From an uncultured Candidatus Saccharibacteria bacterium (lineage in GTDB: Bacteria; Patescibacteriota; Minisyncoccia; UBA11713; 2-01-FULL-45-33): a stretch of 64,000 nt of DNA. The stretch's first letter is position 1. Each line of letters opens with the position of its first letter. The notes under the pieces were generated by a model. That model had not been told where the DNA came from, did not search any database, and saw only the letters and a program-made list of their open reading frames with translations. Made by a program: the position numbers and the translations under genes. Below, piece by piece: positions 1-7,502 of the stretch. The stretch is taken from assembly GCA_964464405.1 (NCBI GenBank), contig CAYXFX010000003.1, positions 6,410 through 70,409 on the forward strand, written 5' to 3'.

Positions 1-636
1 TTTGCTTGTCTTTGTTGCCGAGTTTTTGGATTTGATGATTTCGTCTACGATTCCGTATTTTTTTGCCTCTTCCGGATCCATGTAGAAATTGCGGTCGGTG
101 TCGCGCTCAATGTTTGCTAGAGACTGTCCGGTGTGAAGCGCTAAAATTTTATTTATTTTTTCTTTAACGTGCACAATATGCTTTGCGTCTATAGCGATAT
201 CCGAAGCTTGCCCTTCAGTCGCGCTTAAAACTTGATGAATCATGACTTCTGAATTAGGAAGTGCGTACCTTTTTTTTGCTGCGCCTCCAGCGAGCAAAAT
301 TGCGGCGCCTGACGCAGCAAACCCAACACAAAGCGTGGCAACATCCGGCTTAATATGTTGCATTGTGTCGTAAATTGCAAGCGTCGCCGAAACTGAACCG
401 CCAGGCGAATTTATATAAAGCCAAATGTCTTTTTTTTGATCCTGAAGCTCTAAAAAAAGAAGCTGAGCTATAATCGTGTTTGCAACCGGATCTATAATAG
501 GTCCGCCCAAAAAGACAATCCGGTCTTTTAAAAGCCTTGAATAAATATCGTAGGAACGTTCCCCAAACTGCTCTTTTTCAATAACAGTCGGAATTAAATA
601 AGTGTTGTATGCGTCGTCATCCATAATATTTTGCAT
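1..636 (-). CDS. clpP: ATP-dependent Clp protease proteolytic subunit (3' end runs off window)
   Basis: Manual translation of the minus strand gives [58 protein letters not shown]; it lies next to tig. Start is at 636 or 624. Confidence 0.95.
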   Translation of the reverse strand, partial: MQNIMDDDAYNTYLIPTVIEKEQFGERSYDIYSRLLKDRIVFLGGPIIDPVANTIIAQLLFLELQDQKKDIWLYINSPGGSVSATLAIYDTMQHIKPDVATLCVGFAASGAAILLAGGAAKKRYALPNSEVMIHQVLSATEGQASDIAIDAKHIVHVKEKINKILALHTGQSLANIERDTDRNFYMDPEEAKKYGIVDEIIKSKNSATKTSK

Positions 637-646
637 AATATCATTT

Positions 647-1621
647 TTAGCTGTTGTTTTCAAGAAGGTTAAAAACCATTTCATTTTGTAACTGCCCATA
701 AATGTATCCTTCGAGTTCTTTTTTATCTATTTTTTTGAGGTCTTCCGGCCCATAATTTTTTAGGATTTTCTCAATTTCGTTGCTAAGCGCTTCGTCTAAT
801 GGTTTTAGACCCTCTTGTTTTGCGATATTGCTTAAAATTAAACCAAAAATTACGCGGTGTCTTGCGTCCTCTTTCCATGATTTTTTTAAATCTTCCTCGC
901 CTTTAATTTGGTCATTTTTTAAATGCTCTATATATTTGTCTAGGGCGAGGCCGATATCCGAAAGATTTGCTTTAAGTTCAAGAAGCATTTTTTCAAGTTC
1001 CGCCCCTAAAAGAACCTCTGGCATTTCAAAAACATTTAATTCTTTTGAGATGCGCTCCAAAATTTCAATTCTTTTGTTATTTTTTGCCTTTCTTTCCTTT
1101 TCGAGCCGCAAGTTTTCTTTTACTGTGTTTTCGTCTATTTTTATCTCTTTTCCGTTTTCGCTTCTAGCCATTTGATCGCGCACTAAATTTAAAGTCCGCT
1201 CAAGCTCCTCTGCGCTTACCGTAACTTCCTTTTTTTCCGCTAAAGTATCCTTTGCTATTTTTTTGTAGTCTGGAAGTATAATCTCAGGCATTAATGAAAT
1301 TACGATTTTAAGCCCCAAAGGATTATGTTCCGCAAGTTTTGTTATCGAAATTTCTGGGTGGCCGACCGGTTCAAAGCCCGATTCTTTAATTATGTTTGGC
1401 CAATGAGTTTTAAGCGCCGCCTCCGCCGCTTCTTCTAAAATGTGGGCAAGCCCCACTCTCTCTTTTACAATATTTGTCGGGGCCATTCCACGCCTGAAGC
1501 CCGGAAGTTCGAGATTTTTCTGGATATTTTTTACTGCAGCTTCAAAAAAACGGTCGAATTCTTCGGCCGGTATCTCATAAACAATTTCCGCTCGCGAATT
1601 AGGGAGTTTCTTTATTTCCAT
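647..1621 (-). CDS. tig: Trigger factor, short form apparently lacking the FKBP/PPIase domain
   Basis: GFRRGMAP ribosome-binding signature, C-terminal chaperone domain, upstream of clpP, only 324 aa. Confidence 0.9.
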   Translation of the reverse strand: MEIKKLPNSRAEIVYEIPAEEFDRFFEAAVKNIQKNLELPGFRRGMAPTNIVKERVGLAHILEEAAEAALKTHWPNIIKESGFEPVGHPEISITKLAEHNPLGLKIVISLMPEIILPDYKKIAKDTLAEKKEVTVSAEELERTLNLVRDQMARSENGKEIKIDENTVKENLRLEKERKAKNNKRIEILERISKELNVFEMPEVLLGAELEKMLLELKANLSDIGLALDKYIEHLKNDQIKGEEDLKKSWKEDARHRVIFGLILSNIAKQEGLKPLDEALSNEIEKILKNYGPEDLKKIDKKELEGYIYGQLQNEMVFNLLENNS

Positions 1622-1973
1622 GTTTTTGGTCCAATTGCATTTGAATTTTTAATTCTTCCAGATTTCTTTTTCTCCTCGTCAAATCTGTCAGAAAAGCATT
1701 CCGAGCCTCGTTGTTTTCGCTTTTCATCAACTCTCCAAATCTGTCAACGAAGTTTCTCAAATCTTCTTCAGCTATCTCAAGTGTCTTTTCTTTATTTTTT
1801 AGCTCCCGTTCTTCAAGGTCCTTCTGCCCTTCAGGACTTTTAAGAAACGCTAAATATTGCTCTGCCAGATCAGCGTGTTTTTCTTCTGTTTTTTTGGCAT
1901 TCATTTTTGCATGCCCCTCCTTTTCCATGTATTCACTAAAAGACGAATATTTTGCTGGTTTTTCTTCAGCCAT
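1599..1973 (-). CDS. Hypothetical charged coiled-coil protein
   Basis: 124-aa ORF, co-oriented with and overlapping the tig start. Confidence 0.6.
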   Translation of the reverse strand: MAEEKPAKYSSFSEYMEKEGHAKMNAKKTEEKHADLAEQYLAFLKSPEGQKDLEERELKNKEKTLEIAEEDLRNFVDRFGELMKSENNEARNAFLTDLTRRKRNLEELKIQMQLDQKHGNKETP

Positions 1974-2006
1974 AATTTTTAATCATAGCACATTATCAAA
2001 AAAACA

Positions 2007-2027
2007 AACCGCAGGTTGGGCGGTTTT
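2007..2027. terminator. Probable intrinsic terminator
   Basis: AAACCGC-aggttgg-GCGGTTT hairpin with A/T tracts at the 3' end of ORF 2026-2328. Confidence 0.55.
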
Positions 2028-2328
2028 ATTTGATTTTAGGCATCGCAATAAATTTGTAGCATCTTCCGCGATTTACATCCGCGCAATCGGCATATGGCTC
2101 TTCTTTTTCACTTAAAAAACGCGTCTCGCCTCTTCGTAAATCGATTGTGAAATATTTCAACTTTCCATCTGCCGGATCGATTTTCCTTGAAAGCGGGCTT
2201 GCCCCGCATTTTTTCTCCGTCCATGAAGGAATCAAGGGATGGTTTGCGCCATCTCTATAAAATACACAATCTTCACATCGGACTGTTTTGCGTTTTTTTT
2301 GGTCAAATTCTAAAATTTTTGCTGGCAT
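2026..2328 (-). CDS. Hypothetical small Cys-containing protein (two CxxC motifs)
   Basis: 100 aa with CEDC and CADV..C; AAGGAGG Shine-Dalgarno upstream. Confidence 0.65.
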   Translation of the reverse strand: MPAKILEFDQKKRKTVRCEDCVFYRDGANHPLIPSWTEKKCGASPLSRKIDPADGKLKYFTIDLRRGETRFLSEKEEPYADCADVNRGRCYKFIAMPKIK

Positions 2329-2339
2329 TTTGCCTCCTT

Positions 2340-2612
2340 TTATTCAAAAGGCGGTTTTTCGTTTGAAGGTTCGTCAATTTTCCAATCCGGCAAAAATTTT
2401 TTTACAATTTCCGGATCGTATGAACCTAATCCTTCCGAGGTTCCGAAAATTCTTTTTTCTTCAAGATCGGCGAAACCACCGCGTGCGTATTCTGTTGGAA
2501 CATCGTAGTTTGACGCGATTGGTCTATGTCCGTCCATTGACCACTCTTTTTCTCCGAAAAATACTCCCATATCGGGATGCACTATAAATTTTACGAATCT
2601 TAGTTTTTTCAT
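2340..2612 (-). CDS. Hypothetical protein
   Basis: 90 aa, AGGAG SD upstream, in an operon with 2026-2328. Confidence 0.6.
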   Translation of the reverse strand: MKKLRFVKFIVHPDMGVFFGEKEWSMDGHRPIASNYDVPTEYARGGFADLEEKRIFGTSEGLGSYDPEIVKKFLPDWKIDEPSNEKPPFE

Positions 2613-2711
2613 ATTAAAATAACTCCTATTCTAATAACAGAGTACTTTTTTAAAAAATTTTTGTAAAGAAGAAAGTTAAAGAAGAAGATTTTAGAAGAGT
2701 GAAAGGGGTGT

Positions 2712-2749
2712 ATGTTGAAAATTCAGGCGATCGCCTTTATTTCTGACAT
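2712..2749. repeat. 38-bp palindrome, family A (GCGATCGC core), dispersed copy
   Basis: ATGTTGAAAATTCAGGCGATCGCCTTTATTTCTGACAT matches the copies at 52749 and 53359. Confidence 0.85.
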
Positions 2750-2788
2750 TAGATTTTTAAGACCAAATTTTGATGAATTTGTAGAATT

Positions 2789-4819
2789 TTATTTTAAAAA
2801 CGGAATGAGCAAAAGCGCAACAATATTTACCACCTTTATCATCGGATTTATCGCGGGGCCAGCCGTGTCTTTGTATGGGTCACCGACTGTGTCTCCGGTT
2901 ACAGCGGCCTTGTGCGCATCCGATCCTTTCCCGCCGTAATTTCCCTCTTCAATATATTTTTTAGCGTTGTCCCACGCGGCACCTCCTGATGTCATTGAAA
3001 TTGCAAGAAAAAGCCCTGTCACTATTACTCCGACGAGTAAACCTCCTAAAGCTTTTGGCCCCAACCAAAATCCTACGATTATTGTCACCAAAATCGGTAA
3101 AATTGCCGGAATTATCATTTCTCGTAAAGCCGCTTTTGTAACAATGTCTACGGTTGCGGCATAATCCGGCTTGGCAGTGCCTTCCATTATTCCTTTTATT
3201 TCCCGAAATTGCCTGCGCACTTCTTCGACAACGCTCCCAGCGCTTTTTCCAACCGCGCGCATTGCCATTGAGGCAAAAATATACGGGAGCATTCCTCCTA
3301 AGAAAAGGCCTGTAATTACCAATGGGTCCGAAAGCTCGAAAGTAATTTCAAGCCCTTTTGAAGCAAGATCTGCTGCGTAAGCTGCAAAAAGAACCATTGC
3401 CGCAAGCCCTGCTGAAGCGATCGCGTATCCTTTCGTTACAGCTTTTGTTGTATTCCCGACAGCGTCTAAAGGGTCAGTAATATCGCGCACCTCTTTTCCT
3501 AACCCTGCCATTTCCGCAATTCCTCCAGCATTATCAGTAATAGGGCCAAACGAATCTATCGCGACAATTATCCCAGTCATAGACAGCATAGAAACTCCGG
3601 CTACTGCAATTCCGTAAAGCCCGGCAAAATTAAATGCAGTATACGCGCCGACTGAAATTAAAATTGCGGGGAGCGCCGTTGACTCAAGCGACATCGCAAG
3701 CCCCATAATAATATTTGTGCCATGCCCAGAAAGAGAACTTTTTGCGATCGATTTAACGGAACGAAATTTTTTTGAAGTGTAGTATTCAGTAATGAGCACC
3801 ATTCCTAACGTAACAGCAAGACCAATAAGAGATGCCCAGAAATAATTTATAAAATTTCCGGGGATTTTAACAACATTAAATAATCCTTGTGAAGTCGGGT
3901 TTTGAAAATTAACAACTAAATTTTTTACGGCTAAATAAAATCCTCCAGCGGATAAAATTCCCGCCGCTAACAGTCCTTTGTAAAGAGCGAGCATAATGCT
4001 CTCTGGGCCGGACACTCGTACAAAATAAAAGCCGATTATTGAAGCCCAAATGGCTACGCTTCCCAAAAGCAAGGGAAGTAAAATTGCTCCATTTGCTCCC
4101 GTAAAAATCGATGCTCCTAAAATCATTGCGGCAATTAAAGTTACTGCATAAGTTTCAAAAAGGTCGGCCGCCATACCCGCGCAATCTCCGACATTGTCTC
4201 CTACATTGTCTGCAATAACCGCCGGATTTCGAGGATCGTCTTCCGGGATTCCCGCTTCCGTTTTTCCCACAAGATCTGCGCCCACATCAGCCGCTTTCGT
4301 ATAAATTCCGCCTCCCAAGCGTGAAAACACAGATATTAATGAGCCTCCGAATCCCACCCCGACTAGCGCGAAGATATCTCCTGTCCATTTCCAAAATCCT
4401 GCAACAACCAAAAGGCCTAAACCAACAACCAAAAATCCTGTTACTGCCCCTCCTTTAAAGGCAAGTAAAAAAGCCTCTTTAAGCCCCTTCTTTGCCCCCT
4501 CCGTAACGCGTGAATTTGCCATGACTGCCGTCTGCATTCCAAGAAAGGCGGCGAGAGAAGAAGCAATGGCTCCTATGATAAAACCAATCGCGATGTTTAT
4601 GCCAAGCGACAACCAAAGTAAAATTGCGACAACAACTCCGACCAAAAAAACGGATTTAAACTGGCGTTTAATAAAAGCGCGCGAACCTTCGCGTATTGCG
4701 GAAGCGATCTCGCGCATTTTTTCATCGCCGTCGTCTGCTTTTTTGACACTGCGCCTCAAATAAAGCGCAAAAAGTATTGAAACAACTGCAGTTGTAATTG
4801 CAAAATTCTCGATAGTCAT
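2789..4819 (-). CDS. hppA: Membrane-bound pyrophosphatase, predicted K+-independent H+-translocating type
   Basis: [26 protein letters not shown] (Lys at the K+-dependence position), [10 protein letters not shown]. Confidence 0.95.
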   Translation of the reverse strand: MTIENFAITTAVVSILFALYLRRSVKKADDGDEKMREIASAIREGSRAFIKRQFKSVFLVGVVVAILLWLSLGINIAIGFIIGAIASSLAAFLGMQTAVMANSRVTEGAKKGLKEAFLLAFKGGAVTGFLVVGLGLLVVAGFWKWTGDIFALVGVGFGGSLISVFSRLGGGIYTKAADVGADLVGKTEAGIPEDDPRNPAVIADNVGDNVGDCAGMAADLFETYAVTLIAAMILGASIFTGANGAILLPLLLGSVAIWASIIGFYFVRVSGPESIMLALYKGLLAAGILSAGGFYLAVKNLVVNFQNPTSQGLFNVVKIPGNFINYFWASLIGLAVTLGMVLITEYYTSKKFRSVKSIAKSSLSGHGTNIIMGLAMSLESTALPAILISVGAYTAFNFAGLYGIAVAGVSMLSMTGIIVAIDSFGPITDNAGGIAEMAGLGKEVRDITDPLDAVGNTTKAVTKGYAIASAGLAAMVLFAAYAADLASKGLEITFELSDPLVITGLFLGGMLPYIFASMAMRAVGKSAGSVVEEVRRQFREIKGIMEGTAKPDYAATVDIVTKAALREMIIPAILPILVTIIVGFWLGPKALGGLLVGVIVTGLFLAISMTSGGAAWDNAKKYIEEGNYGGKGSDAHKAAVTGDTVGDPYKDTAGPAINPMIKVVNIVALLLIPFLK

Positions 4820-4893
4820 GATTGATTAAATGGTTAAATTATTAAACGGACGAACAATTTTCAAGATAATATAAAATCTTCGTCTTGACACTA

Positions 4894-4922
4894 TTGACAA
4901 ACTAGCTAAAAAGGAGTATAAT
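4894..4922 (+). promoter_or_regulatory. Consensus sigma70 promoter with no downstream + strand gene
   Basis: TTGACA-17 bp-TATAAT. Confidence 0.7.
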
Positions 4923-4944
4923 TAACCTTAGAATAAGTAAATTA

Positions 4945-5084
4945 TTAACTATTTCTTCTGGTAGGGCATGGGAATTCGCCGAAGTGCATTTACGTCTATT
5001 TTTAACATAAAAAGACATGGCACTCACATCCGGCGCCTCTGCCCCACCAGAAGCGATAGTTGATCGAAGTTCGACTTCGATCAA
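4945..5084 (+). ncRNA. Candidate rod-shaped structured RNA
   Basis: Nested pairings TTAACTAT/ATAGTTGA, CTTCTGGT/ACCAGAAG, GGGCA/TGCCC, CGCCG/CGGCG, AGTGC/GCACT and GTCT/AGAC, downstream of the promoter. Confidence 0.5.
5060..5084. repeat. Palindrome family C (GAAGT-NNN-ACTTC)
   Basis: TTGATCGAAGT-TCG-ACTTCGATCAA; near-identical copy at 16765. Confidence 0.8.
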
Positions 5085-5113
5085 AAATAACGACTCCAAG
5101 CCACCCGTCTCCA

Positions 5114-5151
5114 CCCCTTACTAAGGGGGAAGGGGCTGGGGAAAGGGGTCT
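5114..5151. repeat. GC-rich REP-like palindrome, family B, 3' flank of the DUF559 gene
   Basis: Shares 30 bp (TAAGGGGGAAGGGGCTGGGGAAAGGGGTCT) with the copy at 5509-5553. Confidence 0.85.
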
Positions 5152-5435
5152 GTAATTGATTTAATTTTTTCTAAAACACCATCAATCTTTTCAAAAACAC
5201 TTTGATTTAAAACTCGAATTGTTCTAATTCCAAGCGATTTCATAAACCTTTTTCTTTCATTGTCATACAACTTGTTTTCCAGAACTGCGTGTTGTTCACC
5301 GTCTAGTTCAACAACAAGCTTTAATTCTGGACAATAAAAATCAGCAACATATAAAATTTGTTCCGCATTGGTTAAATTGTTCCGTAAAATTCTACGTTTA
5401 TTTATCTGGGATTTTTTATTGAAAATTTTTGTCAT
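5121..5435 (-). pseudogene. DUF559 (Vsr-like) endonuclease with an apparent internal deletion
   Basis: LRNNLTNAEQIL-YVADFYCPELKLVVELDGEQH..YDNER..LGIRTIR matches the family, but the usual W..LR..FRRQ segment is missing. Confidence 0.7.
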
Positions 5436-5480
5436 TAGAAATTGTTGAATGGCTACTACAAACTTTAATACCCCTAACCC

Positions 5481-5507
5481 AATAAAAACAGGCAGCCTGT
5501 TTTTATT
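5481..5507. terminator. Hairpin at the recombinase stop codon
   Basis: AATAAAAACAGG-cag-CCTGTTTTTATT. Confidence 0.55.
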
Positions 5508-6414
5508 TCCCCTTCCCCCTTAGTAAGGGGGAAGGGGCTGGGGAAAGGGGTCTCATTTTCCCATGAAACGCCTTGTGCACCTCGTGAAGTTGTTTGTCCG
5601 TAAAGTGAGTATAAATTTGGGTTGTTGAAATATTTGCATGGCCCAACATAGACTGCACGGAGCGAAGGTCGGCGCCATTTTGCAAAAGATCCGTCGCAAA
5701 AGCATGGCGCAGGACATGAGGGGTGACTTTTTTTACGATTCCCGCCTGCACAGCGTATTTTTTTATCATCCGTTGAATCGAGCGGGGAGTCATTGGGAAA
5801 AGAAGATCGTTTTCAATGTCCCCACGCTTTTCTAAATAATTATTTATCGCACTTTTGGCTCTGTCCGAAATAAACACAACGCGGATTTTCCCGCCCTTTC
5901 CGCGCACAGCAAATTCTCCGCTACGCAAGCTTACGTCGTCATTTTTTAAATTTGCAAGCTCCGAAATGCGAAGTCCGGTTGAAAAGAAGAGCTCTAAAAT
6001 TGCGCGGTCTCGAATCGATTTATTAGAGCCGCCTTCGGCGGAAGCCGAAGGAGCAGAAAGCAACCTCTCCAAATCCGCATGATCTAAAAGATCAAGATTC
6101 CTTTCTTTAAGTTTTGCAAGTTCAATTTTTTCGGCATCCAGGGATTCAATATTTTTTTTGGAAAGATATTTAAGAAACATCCTTAGTGCGATCACGTGGT
6201 AATTTTGGGTAGATTTATCTAAATTTGCGCGGTTTAAATGAAGCCTGTACTGCCTTACAAGCTCTTCCGAAATATCGGCAGGGGACTTAATTTTTGAAAA
6301 TTCCAAAAACTTCTTTAAATATCTGTCGTAATTTTCAACCGTCTTTATCGCCCGCCCTTTTTCAATTTCTAAATATTCAAGAAATTCTTTTTTAAGTGTG
6401 TCCAGATTAGCCAT
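5503..6414 (-). CDS. XerC/XerD-family tyrosine recombinase
   Basis: RDRAILELFFSTGLRISEL, GKGGKIR, TPHVLRHAFAT, LGHANISTTQIYTH. Confidence 0.92.
   Translation of the reverse strand: MANLDTLKKEFLEYLEIEKGRAIKTVENYDRYLKKFLEFSKIKSPADISEELVRQYRLHLNRANLDKSTQNYHVIALRMFLKYLSKKNIESLDAEKIELAKLKERNLDLLDHADLERLLSAPSASAEGGSNKSIRDRAILELFFSTGLRISELANLKNDDVSLRSGEFAVRGKGGKIRVVFISDRAKSAINNYLEKRGDIENDLLFPMTPRSIQRMIKKYAVQAGIVKKVTPHVLRHAFATDLLQNGADLRSVQSMLGHANISTTQIYTHFTDKQLHEVHKAFHGKMRPLSPAPSPLLRGKGK
5509..5553. repeat. Family B palindrome forming the recombinase C-terminal tail
   Basis: CCCCTTCCCCCTTA-G-TAAGGGGGAAGGGG; encodes RPLSPAPSPLLRGKG. Confidence 0.85.
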
Positions 6415-6431
6415 AATTTAATTATAAAATA

Positions 6432-6497
6432 TTTTGCGACGTTTTAGAATGTTGCAAAATATTTTAGTTTTTTGCGACGTTTTAGAATGTTGCAAAA
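6432..6497. repeat. Two identical 28-bp imperfect palindromes
   Basis: TTTTGCGACGTTTTAGAATGTTGCAAAA at 6432-6459 and 6470-6497. Confidence 0.9.
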
Positions 6498-6536
6498 CGT
6501 TTGCGTTTTTTAGATAATAATGATACTATATTTTCT

Positions 6537-6803
6537 ATGCTGAAAACTCCAGTAAAAAAGAAAATAGTTGAAGCACACAAGACCCACGACAAAGACACAG
6601 GGTCCATTGAAGTGCAAATTGCCCTGCTTTCAAAACAAATCGAGGAACTAACGGATCATTTAAAAAAGCACCCAAAAGACAACCACTCCCGCCGCGGACT
6701 TCTTAAAATGGTTGCTAAAAGAAAAAAGTTTTTGGAATATCTTTCTAAGAAAAACAGGCCAAGCTATGATAAATTGATTAAGAAACTCGGGCTTCGCAAA
6801 TAA
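6537..6803 (+). CDS. rpsO: 30S ribosomal protein S15
   Basis: DTGSIEVQIALL..HLKKHPKDNHSRRGLLKMV..LGLRK. Confidence 0.97.
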   Translation: MLKTPVKKKIVEAHKTHDKDTGSIEVQIALLSKQIEELTDHLKKHPKDNHSRRGLLKMVAKRKKFLEYLSKKNRPSYDKLIKKLGLRK

Positions 6804-6828
6804 GACAAATTTGTTCTAGTATAAATAT

Positions 6829-7335
6829 ATGACAACAGTTAAACATAAAAACCAAAGAATGGCCGTCTTCATTGACGCGCAAAATCTATACCATTCAGCG
6901 AGAAGTTTATTCGGCGGAAGAGTAAATTTTAAAAACTTAATTCAAACTGCCGTAGGTGGCAGGCAATTAATCCGCGCTTTTGGATACGTAATCAGTACAA
7001 AAACGGGTGAGGAGAAGCCGTTTTTTGAAGCTTTAACAAAATTGGGAATCGAAACCCGCGAAAAAGAGCTTCAGGAGTTTTTTGGAGGCGCAAAAAAAGC
7101 CGATTGGGACGTCGGCCTCGCGGTGGATGCAATCCGCACAGCAGAAATTGTAGACACAATCGTTATAGTTTCCGGAGATGGCGACTTTATTCCGCTTGTG
7201 GAATATTTGAAAAACCAAGGAAGGCGCGTTGAAGTCATGGCATTCGGCAGAAGCGCGTCCGGCAAACTTAAAGAAGCTTGCGACGAATTCATTGATTTAG
7301 GCGAGGAGGGCGGAAAATATGTGATAAAGAGATAG
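6829..7335 (+). CDS. NYN-domain (LabA/DUF88) PIN-like protein
   Basis: VFIDAQNL, KADWDVGLAVD, VSGDGDFIPL, CDEFIDL. Confidence 0.88.
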   Translation: MTTVKHKNQRMAVFIDAQNLYHSARSLFGGRVNFKNLIQTAVGGRQLIRAFGYVISTKTGEEKPFFEALTKLGIETREKELQEFFGGAKKADWDVGLAVDAIRTAEIVDTIVIVSGDGDFIPLVEYLKNQGRRVEVMAFGRSASGKLKEACDEFIDLGEEGGKYVIKR

Positions 7336-7344
7336 CTCAATATT

Positions 7345-7488
7345 TTGACAATAAACTGAAAAAAAGCTAACATGTACTTATTATTAAATAACGAGGTGGT
7401 CTTTGGATAGGTAGTTCACTTGAAAGCTATAGTCCTAGCTTATCGAATGACCTAAAATCTGAAGATCACTCATCCGCCAAATGGCGGA
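7345..7488 (+). promoter_or_regulatory. pnp promoter and structured 5' leader
   Basis: TTGACA-17-TAACAT; long hairpin GTGGTCTTT..AGGT..AAGCTA/TAGCTT..ACCT..GAAGATCAC; then a TCCGCCA/TGGCGGA hairpin. Confidence 0.6.
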
Positions 7489-7502
7489 AAAGTAAAAAAA
7501 TT

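Noticed and set aside
2712-2939. 75-aa + strand ORF starting in the family A palindrome
   Set aside because: The start codon comes from the repeat and the ORF is antisense to hppA.
4902-5114. 70-aa minus-strand ORF
   Set aside because: It runs through a palindrome, an RNA-like hairpin and a promoter and has no protein features.
5092-5116. tmRNA/tRNA 3'-end-like sequence (CCCGTCTCCACC) as an att site near the recombinase
   Set aside because: The match is short, with no T-arm (GTTCRA), no CCA and no second copy in the window.
5503-6414. Prophage or ICE integrase
   Set aside because: Size and motifs fit a housekeeping Xer; it sits beside rpsO with no phage or conjugation genes adjacent.
6432-6497. 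Chromosomal dif site
   Set aside because: It is too close to the dnaA/oriC region, duplicated, and a poor match to known dif consensus.
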